The notes: generated from the letters alone by a model not told the origin. Positions 38,376-49,267 are shown, counted from the first letter of the stretch. The stretch: DNA of 64,000 nucleotides from Spirochaetota bacterium (GCA_013426755.1 AP019861.1:1383527-1447526); one strand, 5' to 3'. Translations and numbers: made by a program.

Positions 38376-39371
38376 TCATTCTTTAATATCTTTTTTACTG
38401 AGGTATTGTTTATAATAATTGATAATATTAGAGACTTTGGTTGCTTCTGTTCTAAGCACTTTAGCAATAGCTTTCATACTTGGGAAGATATTGATTGTAT
38501 AGTATTTCTGTAATAGCACACCGCGTCGATCGTTTATGCGTTTTTGTTTAGCCATGATTTCACTAAGCGTATCTTTGTGTTTGTCTACGGTAACAATGTC
38601 GCGGATTTCTTCCTCGCGTACCATGTTTTGATAATATGTTTTGTTAAGACAATTTTCATAATAAATTTTAACAAGTTTTTTCCTATGGACTTCTTCACTC
38701 AATTCGGATATATCCTTATGCACACTCGGATAATCGGCTTGAGCGACTCCTAAGTAATTGACTAGCATGATGAAGTCATTTTTGGTAAAGAGTTCAAAGA
38801 AATATAATTTTATACACAAGTAACGAAAAGGGTCTTTTTTAAGATTGATTAGTAGACTCGTTTCCTTTTTCTTCTCACCGATGTATTCTTCGCGTTCGGC
38901 GACATTCAATTCAAGATTATATCTATCTTTAAAAATATTCTCCGTAGAAGGCGTGATTTCATAATTGATGAGTTTAATTTTATTCATCATTTTGACGCGC
39001 CGAACATAATTGAGAAAGTAATTTTTAAGTTTTATTGAAAGATAGGTTGAGAATTTTCCTAAATTATGGTCATACTTATCTAAAATATTTTCAAACCGTT
39101 CATAAATGTAGACAAAAAAGTCAGATTTGAGGTCTTCGTTGGTTTTGCGGAAGGCTATTTGAGGGTAGTTCCTAATGTAAGGTTCTACTTTAGTGATAAT
39201 CAGTTTGAGGAGGCTGGCTCGATCAAACTGTTTAGAGATTTCTAGATGAGCAGGCGAAATTTTATCAGGATCGTCTTCATTCCTAACTATATCTTGATAG
39301 GCTGTGATATAAGATACAATCTCTTCTAGTCTCTCATAGGGGTTTAGTTTGTGGGAATGCTTTTCTTTCAC
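38376..39371 (-). CDS. Hypothetical protein with weak sigma-70 region 2 / region 4-like features
   Basis: 331 aa with a GTG start. DFFVYIYERFENILDKYDHNLGKFSTYLSIKLKNYFLNYVRR resembles sigma region 2.1-2.3. The C-terminal SMKAIAKVLRTEATKVSNIINYYKQYL resembles an HTH. Family assignment is tentative. Confidence 0.4.
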   Translation of the reverse strand: MKEKHSHKLNPYERLEEIVSYITAYQDIVRNEDDPDKISPAHLEISKQFDRASLLKLIITKVEPYIRNYPQIAFRKTNEDLKSDFFVYIYERFENILDKYDHNLGKFSTYLSIKLKNYFLNYVRRVKMMNKIKLINYEITPSTENIFKDRYNLELNVAEREEYIGEKKKETSLLINLKKDPFRYLCIKLYFFELFTKNDFIMLVNYLGVAQADYPSVHKDISELSEEVHRKKLVKIYYENCLNKTYYQNMVREEEIRDIVTVDKHKDTLSEIMAKQKRINDRRGVLLQKYYTINIFPSMKAIAKVLRTEATKVSNIINYYKQYLSKKDIKE

Positions 39372-39392
39372 GGGTAATATATAATAAATGGA

Positions 39393-40217
39393 TCACTCAA
39401 CTAAGAGGCTTAATATAAATAAACATATTCCCAATGAAATACCCACGTCTGCTACATTAAATAGGGGCCATGGATTAAGAATTGCTATCGGGGAACCCTC
39501 CCAGTACCACTTCACAAAATCTACAACATAGCCGCGATAACTTCTATCTAGCACATTAGCGATGCCTCCACCAATAATCAATACAAATGGCACATAACGT
39601 CCCATTCGTGTCAATACGAAATAACCTATTAGCAGACAAACTGCCATTCCTTGAAGAAATATAAATGCATAGCTTATTTTTTCACGCGCAAAATAGCGCT
39701 CTAGAAAACTAAGTAATGAAAACCCTATATTGTAATTACGCGTGTAAGTAAACGACCAGAAATGATCTATAACAGCAACCTCCTTAATAGCGTATATACG
39801 CTCATCATTTACAAATGACACCAAGTATTCTCCTGCGGCTAACGGCGTCTTATAAGCGTCCGTAACCTCACGCACAAAATTTTTCTCAGCCCAAGCCTTT
39901 GTCATGAGGTCTAAGCTCACTATCAAAAAAACACCTATGACAAATATTATTAATTTGTTTTTAAAGGAAACGTTTTCTAGATAAATATACTTGTGCACCC
40001 AAATTTGCTTAGCACTACGTGGCGTATTATTAGAATGCGGTTGATCTTTAAAGATGGCACCATTAGACGAGACGAATGCAGCTAAAAGATGATTCAATGA
40101 CAAAAATAACCGCGCTCTCCCTTTAGAAAAAATTTGAAAAAACCTTACTGCAGCCAACCGCCCCCTCCACAAAAAAGAGCGTCTCATTGCTTCTTTAATA
40201 GTCATCTCAACAAACAC
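39393..40217 (-). CDS. lspA: Lipoprotein signal peptidase (signal peptidase II)
   Basis: LDLMTKAW, GGGIANVLDRSYRGYVVDFV, FNVADVGISLGICLFIL. The ORF is 274 aa against ~165 aa typical, so the first ~90 aa are probably not translated. In-frame GTG near 40000 (VHKYIYL) is a candidate start. Confidence 0.85.
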   Translation of the reverse strand: MFVEMTIKEAMRRSFLWRGRLAAVRFFQIFSKGRARLFLSLNHLLAAFVSSNGAIFKDQPHSNNTPRSAKQIWVHKYIYLENVSFKNKLIIFVIGVFLIVSLDLMTKAWAEKNFVREVTDAYKTPLAAGEYLVSFVNDERIYAIKEVAVIDHFWSFTYTRNYNIGFSLLSFLERYFAREKISYAFIFLQGMAVCLLIGYFVLTRMGRYVPFVLIIGGGIANVLDRSYRGYVVDFVKWYWEGSPIAILNPWPLFNVADVGISLGICLFILSLLVE

Positions 40218-40613
40218 ACACTACCCCAGCGACTTATTTGCTTATGCCCGTTACTTACTTATGCTCGTTAAATAATTTATTTACAAATACGTTCTAAATG
40301 CGTTATGCTACGTGAGTGCTTATCAAAAGTTAGTGCTTATCAAAATTTACAATGTATTATAACAACTTAACATTATTTATCATCATGAAACTTGGTAATT
40401 ACATATTAAAAAATATTTAATAAAATTTGGACAATTTACCTTTAAGAATAGAAAAAAAATATTTATCTTAATCTAAAAAAAAATTTAAGAGATTAATCAC
40501 ATTGCTGTGTAGTAAATACGTATATCGTTTTTATCCGTTATGAAATTTAATTAGTGCCACGCAATTTTGTTAATGCTACGCAATTTTGTAATAGACAGCT
40601 GCATGGGCGCTGG

Positions 40614-40832
40614 CTATTTAGGTTTATAATATAAACATGACATTCCTGATTGACGGCGAACGTGGTAAGAGGGAAGGCATGTTGTTTTTACGTGAAGTCG
40701 TCTGCATCCGTACGGGTGGTTCTTTTCCCATGTCACATAAAAATATTTGCACTTGATACAATTTACAGTACTCGTAGCGATTACGGTAGAATTATTGCTT
40801 TGGGCCTCTTTAAAACGATCACTTCGTGCCAT
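40614..40832 (-). CDS. Possible small Cys-rich (zinc-ribbon-like) protein
   Basis: 72 aa with CxxC ... C ... C spacing (NCIKCKYFYVTW ... PYGCRRL ... GMSCLYY). No clear SD. Confidence 0.3.
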   Translation of the reverse strand: MARSDRFKEAQSNNSTVIATSTVNCIKCKYFYVTWEKNHPYGCRRLHVKTTCLPSYHVRRQSGMSCLYYKPK

Positions 40833-40935
40833 TTGCTAGCGAAAATCACATCATTACCTGCAGGCTAATATCAAATTGTATGAAAATAGTCAATGTATTA
40901 AATTATCGTCACAAGCCGATTTAAACCGTACCAAA

Positions 40936-42234
40936 TTATTGTTCTCGTTTAGCATCGGATACATGACTGTAAAGTTTTTGCATATCTAAGCCAGAGGGGT
41001 CTTGAAATATGGCTAACCCAAGCAGTTCTGCGGTAGCAATGAGATGTTCAAATATACTGCTCTGAATGGACTCGTATTCTAGAAAATTTGCTGTATCCGT
41101 AAAACAATACAATTGCAGTCCCATTCCCTTAGCAGTTGGCGGCATCATCCTAGCTAGCACCGTGAGATTATTTCTGATCTTAGGATGTGAGAGCAAATAC
41201 TCTATAGCGTAGCTACGGAATAATCCCGCTGTCGTATACGTACTAGAATAGAGTGCTGATGATGCTGTGTCTTGAAGTTTAGCAGCGAATTCGGTATCTT
41301 TGGGGGGAACGGTTAGTTTTGTTACTGACGTGTGATGTTTAGGTTGTGATGCGTTTTCTGTGGAAAAAAATTTTTTCAATTGGGGAATAGCTTTATATTT
41401 ATCTATGTCTAGCGGGCTGAGGAAGCGAATTGAATTTATATTGATATAGAGGTCACGTTTGATGCGGCGTACTCCCAGGTCTTGCATCCTCCGCCAATTT
41501 TTAAAAGACTTTGAAATAAGCACATGCGCAGGTAGAAACGTGATGCTCTTATCCCAATTTTCAATCTTAACCGTAGTCAGCAAAATATCAATCACACTAC
41601 CATCGACGCCATGTTCAGGAATTTCAATCCAATCTCCAATCTTAACCATGTTATTAGCAGAAAGTTGAATGCCAGCAACAAGACCAAGGATAACATCTCT
41701 AAACACCAGTAAAACCACCGCCGTAAGAGCACCTAGCCCTCCTAACAAGGCCCAGGGCGTCTGATCGATGAGAATAGAAATGATAAATATGCCGCCTAAA
41801 AGATAAATAATTAATTTGACAGCCTGAGAAATGCCGCGCAAATGAAGTTTTTCAGAAACATTGACTTTCTTAGTGATCTCTACAATATCATCTATAATAC
41901 GCGTCAATATCACTACAATGACAAATACAAGGACAGTTTTCCCTGTTTTAATAAAAAAGCCAGCTGGAATAAATTTGAAGAATTGAGAGATATAGATGAC
42001 GATAAGCGCTGATGGAGCAAATTTGAGTGCAGGAATGAAATACGTATAGATCAATTTATCATCTGCTTTACTTTCTGATAAATTGATAAGTTTCTCTAAC
42101 AATGGAATAATCACCCATTGCGTGACTTTGATAACCAGACCTATAACGAGGACAAGAATCCCCAAAAGCAGCAAATCGTAATTCAAGTCACTTAGTCTTC
42201 CCGACAAATAAAAAAATTGCTCCAGAAACTTCAT
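40936..42234 (-). CDS. MscS-family mechanosensitive channel
   Basis: 432 aa with several N-terminal TM helices, then the MscS beta-domain signature VKIGDWIEIPEHGVDGSVIDILLTTVKIENWDKSITFLPAHVLISKSFKNW. Confidence 0.85.
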   Translation of the reverse strand: MKFLEQFFYLSGRLSDLNYDLLLLGILVLVIGLVIKVTQWVIIPLLEKLINLSESKADDKLIYTYFIPALKFAPSALIVIYISQFFKFIPAGFFIKTGKTVLVFVIVVILTRIIDDIVEITKKVNVSEKLHLRGISQAVKLIIYLLGGIFIISILIDQTPWALLGGLGALTAVVLLVFRDVILGLVAGIQLSANNMVKIGDWIEIPEHGVDGSVIDILLTTVKIENWDKSITFLPAHVLISKSFKNWRRMQDLGVRRIKRDLYININSIRFLSPLDIDKYKAIPQLKKFFSTENASQPKHHTSVTKLTVPPKDTEFAAKLQDTASSALYSSTYTTAGLFRSYAIEYLLSHPKIRNNLTVLARMMPPTAKGMGLQLYCFTDTANFLEYESIQSSIFEHLIATAELLGLAIFQDPSGLDMQKLYSHVSDAKREQ

Positions 42235-42792
42235 AACCCTTATCTTCTTATTCTATTAAATACAATAACTTATAAACCCCAAAAAACCCCAAAAAAGCCT
42301 CAAAAACTCAATTGACTGTTTTTCAGAAATTATATTAACCCATCCCATACCTATTCCATTCTATGCCTATTATGTGTCTTATTTAAATATAGGAGTTAGT
42401 GAATTTTACTTGGATTTTATCATTAAACTGTTCATCATCAGATTACTTATCATCAGGTCATATCAGATCATATATGGCATGTGCTTTTACGGTATTTTTA
42501 CTCGTAAAGACTTATGCTTTAAGAATTTATGCTTTATACGGCAGTACAATCCTTATACGCCACGGTATATATTATCATAAAACAACGTTCAGACAGTGTT
42601 TGTATATGTAGAATAACATTCTTTTAAAGAACCTGTGCTTTTTCACAGCCGTAATTAAATACGGCTACAATAGGTACTGTAGTCACAAAAAACACAGCCC
42701 AAAACACATTAAAAGCACATTAAAAACACACTATTATATACTCAGACGTCATATGAACTGCTAAGGCACTAAGACGGCTAGGTTTTTCATTA

Positions 42793-42854
42793 AATTTCAA
42801 TTAATTGAAATTTAATTGACAATTAATTGAAATTTTATTGAGAATTAATTGAAA
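42793..42854. promoter_or_regulatory. 20-bp perfect palindrome plus three phased copies of (c/g)aattaattgaaa (22-bp spacing) in the divergent mscS-aceE region
   Basis: aatttcaattaattgaaatt (42793-42812) is its own reverse complement. The caattaattgaaa-type copies start at about 42798, 42820 and 42842. Confidence 0.4.
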
Positions 42855-42957
42855 ATTGAATGTGTTGGTGCAGTTAAAAATCTAAGAAAATCGCTAAATT
42901 GAGTACCTTATGACACTAATTTTGTACGTCTGCTATCACAAAAAGTAATACTACGAT

Positions 42958-43255
42958 GAATGAAATGCTTATTGATAATAATTTCAAAACATATCAATTT
43001 TTAAAAAAACATACCAATCTTTAAAGAACATACCCATTTTTAAAAAACACACCCATTTTTAAAAATTTAGCCAAATGAACTCGTTTTTAAAACTCTAATA
43101 TGGAGGAAATAGGTTAAGATTAACATAGAATGAAATTATGATTGATAACAAATTCAAAATATACTATTTTTTTAAAAATCTAGCTAAAATAGTTCTTTTT
43201 AAAACTTTAATATGAGCAAAATAGGTTAAGATTAATATAATGACTTATACTTGAT
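42958..43255. repeat. Large imperfect direct duplication (~175 bp and ~115 bp units) upstream of aceE
   Basis: The segment gaatgaaatgcttattgataataatttcaaaacata...ttaaaaatttagccaaatgaactcgtttttaaaactctaatatggaggaaataggttaagattaacata is followed by gaatgaaattatgattgataacaaattcaaaatata...ttaaaaatctagctaaaatagttctttttaaaactttaatatgagcaaaataggttaagattaatata. Confidence 0.75.
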
Positions 43256-43348
43256 AAGCAGTACAGAACAAAATACTCACAAAACACCTAATCTCAAGTA
43301 AAAATTCAAAAATAGCTTTCATCAAATAGATTTTATGAGGATGTCAAA

Positions 43349-46162
43349 ATGAAGCGAAGACTAGTCAATTATCCTACTAATAACGTTATTCACACCCAAA
43401 ATACAACTGCCACCACCCCATCAAATCCTACCCATACAACCTCTACTAAAAAAAATGACGATGAACCCAATGCAGCTGAAAATACCGAAGCAGACATTGA
43501 TATTGATCCCGTTGAAACCCAGGAATGGACGCATTCACTCCATGATGTTATTAAACGTGATGGCATTGATCGTGCTAATTTTTTATTGTCTTCGCTTATC
43601 AAAGAAATTCCCAATTCTACTATAGCAGTCACCATTCCTAAGCAGAGTTCTGCCTACGTTAATACCATTCCAACGGAAGAAGAAGTCCCCTATCCCGGTG
43701 ATCTGACCATTGAACGCTCGATAAGTAACGCCATTCGATGGAATGCTATGGCAATGGTATTACGCGCCAATAAACGCTCAGCAGGTATTGGCGGACACAT
43801 TGCAACCTATGCCTCCTGTGCAACTATTTATGATGTCGCATACAATCATTTCTTTAAAGGCAGCCAAAACGGTAATGTAGGCGATTCTGTATTTTTCCAG
43901 GGACATGCTTCACCTGGTATTTATGCTCGGGCTTACATTGAAGGGGTATTATCTGAGCAGAAAATTGAAAACTTTCGTAGAGAATTACTACCTGGCGGCG
44001 GTCTTTCTTCCTATCCACATCCACGGCTTGTACCCGATTTCTGGCAATTTGCTACCGTCTCGATGGGACTGGGTCCTCTCATGGCTATTTATCACGCCCG
44101 TTTCAATAAATGGCTTAAAAATCGTAACCTCAAAGACACCTCACCTACAAAAGTCATTGCTTATGTAGGAGATGGTGAAACAGATGAAGTAGAAACACTA
44201 GGCGCCCTTTCTATCGCCGCTCGGGAAAATCTGGACAATTTACTCTTTGTCGTCAATTGCAATCTGCAACGTCTCGACGGACCTGTTCGTGGAAACAGTA
44301 AAATCATTCAAGAACTAGAAGGCATCTTTAGAGGTGCTGGCTGGAATGTCATCAAAACTATCTGGAGTCACCATTGGGACCCCTTATTTGAAAAAGACTC
44401 CAAAAACGCCCTCCTCAATCTACTAGAAACAGCCGTCGACGGCGATTTTCAAGTTTTTTCTACACTCTCAGGCGCTGAAAGACGTAGGTTTTTATTTGCT
44501 CGTGATAAGGAAGTAGAAAAATTGGTTGCACATTTTTCTGACCATCATCTAGACGATCTTACTTTTGGCGGGCACGACGAACAAAAACTCTACAACGCTT
44601 ACGAGCGCGCTCTCAATGTAAGCAATGGCAAACCTACCGTTATGCTCATTAAAAGCATTAAGGGATATGGAATGGGAAAAAGTGGTGAAGGACGTAATAT
44701 TGCCCACCAGCAGAAAGAAATGAGCAGCGAATCACTTCAAAACTTCAAACAACGATTTAATATTCCCATTGAAGACGCCGTGCTAGAACAAACACCGTTT
44801 TACAATTTCAAAAAAAATAGCCCAGAACATGCTTATATTAACGATCTTCGTAAGAAATTAGGTGATTTTATACCACACAGACGCCAAACCATACCAGCAA
44901 TCACACTCCCAGCCTCTGCCACTTATGAAAGAACTCTAGCTGGAACAGGAAAACGGGCTGTTTCTAGTACAATGGCATTCGTCCAGGTCTTAACAGCACT
45001 TTTGCGTGATAAAAACTTATCAGAGCGTATTGTTCCCATTGTTCCAGACGAAAGCCGTACCTTTGGAATGGAAGGACTCTTTCGCCAGTATGGAATTTAT
45101 TCCCCCAGCGGACAACTTTATACGCCCATTGACAAAAAAACCCTAGCTCCATACAATGAAAGTGTAGACGGACAGATCTTTCAAGAAGGTATTAATGAAG
45201 CCGGTGCTATATCGACATTCATTGCTGCGGGAACCAGTTATAGCCACCAGGGTATTTTAACCATTCCATTTTACGTGTTTTATTCAATGTTTGGTTTCCA
45301 GCGAACAGGTGATCTCGCTTGGGCTGCCGCTGATATGCAAGCACGCGGGTTTTTAGTCGGCGGTACGGCAGGCAGAACAACCCTCAATGGCGAAGGACTC
45401 CAACACGAAGACGGACATTCACACATTCTTGCCGCTACAATTCCTAATCTCCGTGCCTATGATGCAACCTTCGGTTACGAATTAGCCACCATCATTAAAA
45501 ACGGACTTAAAGCCATGTATCAAGACAAACAGGATTGCTTTTACTACCTTACCATTTACAATGAAAATTACCCCCACCCTGCATTGCCAACTGATATTCC
45601 AGATATTGAAACAAAAATCATGAAGGGGCTTTATTGCTACAAAAAAAGTGCATTGAAATCAAAAAAACAGGTCAATATTCTCGCTTCAGGTATTTCACTA
45701 CTCACCGCTGAGCGAGCAAGTGAAATTCTTGAAAAAGAGTACCGTATTGCCACAACGCTTTATGCCGTTACTTCCTTCAAAGCCCTCCGTGAAGACGCGC
45801 TTGCCTGCGAACGTGAAAATATGCTTCATCCTAATAAAACACCCAAAACCTCGTTTCTAGCTAAAAGTCTTAGTGACGCTGAAGGGGGATTTGTTGCCGT
45901 GACCGATTATATGAAAGCCTTACCCGATCTTATTGCTCCATTTATGCCCAGTGCTATGGTGAGTATCGGTACAGATGGATTTGGCCGTTCGGCTACACGT
46001 GAAGAGTTGCGTGAATATTTTGAGATCAATGAATCTTTTATTATTCTCGCTTCCCTACATGCGCTCACCAAACAAAATATCCTTACCCAAGCAGAACTCA
46101 CCCAAGCAATCAAAAAACTTAACATTGACCCTAAAAAACCCTATCCACTTAATCGTTTTTAA
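43349..46162 (+). CDS. aceE: Pyruvate dehydrogenase E1 component (homodimeric type)
   Basis: 937 aa. DPVETQEWTHSL matches the AceE N-terminus after a ~50-aa T/N-rich extension. GGHIATYAS, the ThDP motif GDGETDEVE ... VVNCNLQRLDGPVRGN, and HEDGHSH are present. SD GAGGA lies 7 nt upstream. Confidence 0.95.
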   Translation: MKRRLVNYPTNNVIHTQNTTATTPSNPTHTTSTKKNDDEPNAAENTEADIDIDPVETQEWTHSLHDVIKRDGIDRANFLLSSLIKEIPNSTIAVTIPKQSSAYVNTIPTEEEVPYPGDLTIERSISNAIRWNAMAMVLRANKRSAGIGGHIATYASCATIYDVAYNHFFKGSQNGNVGDSVFFQGHASPGIYARAYIEGVLSEQKIENFRRELLPGGGLSSYPHPRLVPDFWQFATVSMGLGPLMAIYHARFNKWLKNRNLKDTSPTKVIAYVGDGETDEVETLGALSIAARENLDNLLFVVNCNLQRLDGPVRGNSKIIQELEGIFRGAGWNVIKTIWSHHWDPLFEKDSKNALLNLLETAVDGDFQVFSTLSGAERRRFLFARDKEVEKLVAHFSDHHLDDLTFGGHDEQKLYNAYERALNVSNGKPTVMLIKSIKGYGMGKSGEGRNIAHQQKEMSSESLQNFKQRFNIPIEDAVLEQTPFYNFKKNSPEHAYINDLRKKLGDFIPHRRQTIPAITLPASATYERTLAGTGKRAVSSTMAFVQVLTALLRDKNLSERIVPIVPDESRTFGMEGLFRQYGIYSPSGQLYTPIDKKTLAPYNESVDGQIFQEGINEAGAISTFIAAGTSYSHQGILTIPFYVFYSMFGFQRTGDLAWAAADMQARGFLVGGTAGRTTLNGEGLQHEDGHSHILAATIPNLRAYDATFGYELATIIKNGLKAMYQDKQDCFYYLTIYNENYPHPALPTDIPDIETKIMKGLYCYKKSALKSKKQVNILASGISLLTAERASEILEKEYRIATTLYAVTSFKALREDALACERENMLHPNKTPKTSFLAKSLSDAEGGFVAVTDYMKALPDLIAPFMPSAMVSIGTDGFGRSATREELREYFEINESFIILASLHALTKQNILTQAELTQAIKKLNIDPKKPYPLNRF

Positions 46163-46301
46163 TCAATTATCGGCTACACTCAATCACGTTTATTTTTTCG
46201 TGTTATCTCATTGAATTTCACAGCATTTCTTTATTCAATTTTATTCAATATAATATATTTCTTAATAAAAACTAATTATATTCTAAGCATATTTTGAAGT
46301 A

Positions 46302-47717
46302 TTGATTATGGATTTTACAGTAGAACTTACAGATATAGGCGACGGCATCAGTAGCGGACTTGTCACAGCGATCTTACCTAAAACAGGAGACTCCGTTAGT
46401 GAAGGGGATACTCTCATAGAGATAGAAACTGATAAAGCAGTTATTCCATTTCCCTCGCCAAAAGAAGGCACATTGGGGCAAGTTTTTATCAAAGAAGGCA
46501 CAGAGATTAAAGTTGGTGATAAAATCGCTACGCTAAAAACGCAAGCTACAGCCACACCTTCAGCCACCGAACCGCCATCTGTCACAACTAAAGAACACAA
46601 ACTAGAACCTCCACCCTCTCCACCACCAGCGCAGGAACCACCCACAACCCTAGCAGAGCCGCCCACCGCAATTCATAGCAAATCCACACCCGACCAGCAA
46701 CCTGTGGTTAATAATGCAGTAGCTAAGCACAATCAAGAAAACCTTGTCAACACAGAACACGCCACAGAACAAGCTATCATAGCCGCGTCGCCTGGCACAA
46801 GAAAGCTAGCACGCGAACTGGATATCACACTCAGTGTGGTTGGCGGTAGCGGACGTAATGGACGAATTACTATGGATGACCTCAAATCTTACGTCAAACA
46901 ATCCCTACATTCTCAGTCCACTACCGCACTGCTCCCTACTGGAACGACTTCACCTATGCAAGCAGCGGCGCCGCTACCTGATTTTAGCGAATTTGGAGCT
47001 GTTGAGATTAAGCCGGTCTCGAGCCTCAGACAAACAATTGCTAGAAATATGCAGACCTCATGGAGTACAATTCCGCACGTTCATCACAATAGCAAATTTG
47101 ACATTTCCGTAATCACTGCCTGGCAAAAGTCTTATCACGAAGATTTTAAGGCACTAGGTAGCACGTTATCGGTCACACCCATTCTCATTAAAGCCCTAGC
47201 GCACATCCTTAAAGAATTTCCAGAGTTCAATGCTTCCTTTGATACTATAAAAAATGAAATTCATTACAAAAAGTATTACCATATTGGCGTTGCAGTAGAT
47301 ACTCCTTCGGGACTTATTGTCCCCGTTATAAAAGATGTTGATACGCTCTCGGTTTTTGCAATTGGTAAAACCTTGCGTGATATTGCTAAAAAGACACGTG
47401 ACCGTAAAATTGGCTTAGCTGACCTTAAAGGGGCGTGTTTGACATTGTCTAATCTGGGTGGAATTGGTGGTGAGCATTTCACGCCTATTATCAATCCACC
47501 AGAAGTGGCTATTGTAGGTGTTGCCCGTACGATAAATGAGGTCGTCCTCTCCCCAACTACGAAGCAACCCCTAACAATTCCCATGCTACCCGTTACGCTA
47601 GGGTACGATCATCGAGTGATCGATGGGGCAGTAGCGGCACGATTTCTTGTTCGGCTCAAATCGCTCATTGAAGCGCCACAGACACTTCTTATGGGACTCG
47701 AACTTCCTAGCAAGTAA
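46302..47717 (+). CDS. aceF: Dihydrolipoamide acetyltransferase E2 (single lipoyl domain)
   Basis: Lipoyl-lysine motif IEIETDKAVIPFPSP, Pro/Ala/Thr linker, subunit-binding domain ASPGTRKLARELDITLSVVGGSGRNGRITMDDL, catalytic GYDHRVIDGA. The likely start is ATG 46308 (MDFTVEL) rather than TTG 46302. Confidence 0.95.
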   Translation: MIMDFTVELTDIGDGISSGLVTAILPKTGDSVSEGDTLIEIETDKAVIPFPSPKEGTLGQVFIKEGTEIKVGDKIATLKTQATATPSATEPPSVTTKEHKLEPPPSPPPAQEPPTTLAEPPTAIHSKSTPDQQPVVNNAVAKHNQENLVNTEHATEQAIIAASPGTRKLARELDITLSVVGGSGRNGRITMDDLKSYVKQSLHSQSTTALLPTGTTSPMQAAAPLPDFSEFGAVEIKPVSSLRQTIARNMQTSWSTIPHVHHNSKFDISVITAWQKSYHEDFKALGSTLSVTPILIKALAHILKEFPEFNASFDTIKNEIHYKKYYHIGVAVDTPSGLIVPVIKDVDTLSVFAIGKTLRDIAKKTRDRKIGLADLKGACLTLSNLGGIGGEHFTPIINPPEVAIVGVARTINEVVLSPTTKQPLTIPMLPVTLGYDHRVIDGAVAARFLVRLKSLIEAPQTLLMGLELPSK

Positions 47718-47805
47718 TGTCCATAGAAGATAGAGGGAAGGGACATAAGAATTTTCCTTCGGTACGGAGGAACACTGTATTATCTTTTGTTTAGAAAGCT
47801 ATTAT

Positions 47806-47833
47806 ACGGCGTCATCTTTAAAGAATTAATATG
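47806..47833. repeat. Left copy of the 28-bp direct repeat flanking the MTase-HNH gene (includes its ATG)
   Basis: acggcgtcatctttaaagaattaatatg; 24 of 28 positions match the right copy. Confidence 0.75.
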
Positions 47834-49108
47834 CTGCAGAAAACTATCAAAAACAGAACTGTATTTTGTAGAGACAATCTAGAAATACTACGAAATATTG
47901 ATGATAAGACGATTGACCTCATTTATCTAGACCCCCCTTTCAATAAGAAAAGAGAGTTTCACGCTCCATTAGGTACTAAGGCTGAGGGAGCAAGCTTTAA
48001 AGATACGTGGGATGATGAAGACATCAAAAAAGGCTATCTGACACTCATTGCCGACTTATACCCTAACCTTTATAAATATTTACTAGGAGTAGATATCGTA
48101 GGAAGTCGTAGTCATAGAAATTATCTCGTTTACATGGCACAACGGGTCATTGAAATGAAGAGAATCTTAAAAAACACAGGTAGCATCTATCTTCATTGTG
48201 ACTATACAATGAGTCATTATCTAAAATTACTGATGGACTGCATCTTTGGTCATAAAAATCTTAGAAATGAGATCATCTGGTGTTATCACGGTCCCGGCAG
48301 CCCAGATATGCGGCAATTTAATAGGAAAAGTGATAATATATTTTGGTATTCTATCGGAGAAACGTGGACATTTAACAAAGAAGCTATAAGAGTTCCATTT
48401 AAAGACCCTAAGCAAAGCTTAAGAAAAAGAATGGCTCCCAGCCATAGTTTCACCTCAGCAGAAATTAAAGAGTACCGTGAAAAAGGAAAAATTCCAGAGA
48501 ATTGGTGGGAAATTCGCATTGCTGCCCGCAGTCCAAAGGAATATGTCGGATATCCTACCCAAAAACCACTGGCATTAATGGAAAGAATTATTAAAGCAAG
48601 TAGTCGTAAAGGGGATGTTGTCTTAGACCCATTTTGTGGGTGTGCGACAACATGTGTTGCTGCTGAGAACCTGGGAAGACAATGGGTCGGTATTGATGTT
48701 TCAAAAAGAGCTTACGATCTCGTTAAAACAAGATTGGAGTCTGCTATAAAAGGAACCGATGAACATGGCAATCAAGATTTAATCAATTATCAAAAAGCAA
48801 TTGTCTACAGAGAAGATATTCCCGACCGTACAGATATTAAAGACCGTCGTTTGTCCTATAGAACAGCTAAAATTGAAATTAAACACATCCTTTATGAAGA
48901 ACAAAATGCCAGCTGCAATGGCTGCCGCACGCAATTTGAATACAGACACTTTGAAATAGATCACATTGTCCCAACAACAAAAGGAGGTGGTGATACCATT
49001 GAAAACCTACAATTGCTCTGTCATCACTGCAATAGAATCAAAGGAAATAAAGATATGGAGCATCTCAACATGAGACTGCAGGAATTGAATATCATAAAAA
49101 ACAATTGA
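47831..49108 (+). CDS. Beta-class (DPPF, probably N6-adenine) DNA methyltransferase fused to a C-terminal HNH endonuclease domain
   Basis: Motif IV DLIYLDPPF is N-terminal. GYPTQKPLALMERII and motif I LDPFCGCATTCVAA are also present. The C-terminal ~70 aa read CNGCRTQFEYRHFEIDHIVPTTKGGGDTIENLQLLCHHCNRIKGNKD (HNH). Confidence 0.85.
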   Translation: MLQKTIKNRTVFCRDNLEILRNIDDKTIDLIYLDPPFNKKREFHAPLGTKAEGASFKDTWDDEDIKKGYLTLIADLYPNLYKYLLGVDIVGSRSHRNYLVYMAQRVIEMKRILKNTGSIYLHCDYTMSHYLKLLMDCIFGHKNLRNEIIWCYHGPGSPDMRQFNRKSDNIFWYSIGETWTFNKEAIRVPFKDPKQSLRKRMAPSHSFTSAEIKEYREKGKIPENWWEIRIAARSPKEYVGYPTQKPLALMERIIKASSRKGDVVLDPFCGCATTCVAAENLGRQWVGIDVSKRAYDLVKTRLESAIKGTDEHGNQDLINYQKAIVYREDIPDRTDIKDRRLSYRTAKIEIKHILYEEQNASCNGCRTQFEYRHFEIDHIVPTTKGGGDTIENLQLLCHHCNRIKGNKDMEHLNMRLQELNIIKNN

Positions 49109-49267
49109 CCTTTTTACAAAAAACGACTAACCTTCAATCACAAAATATTCATAAAAACAGTCGTACCTTGTTAAGAGCATATATTACCATCCGTTAATAA
49201 GGACAATGCTTTACGATCTGTTAAAGCACTATTGTAGCATTTCTGTTTAGGTGGTTTTAGGTGGTTG

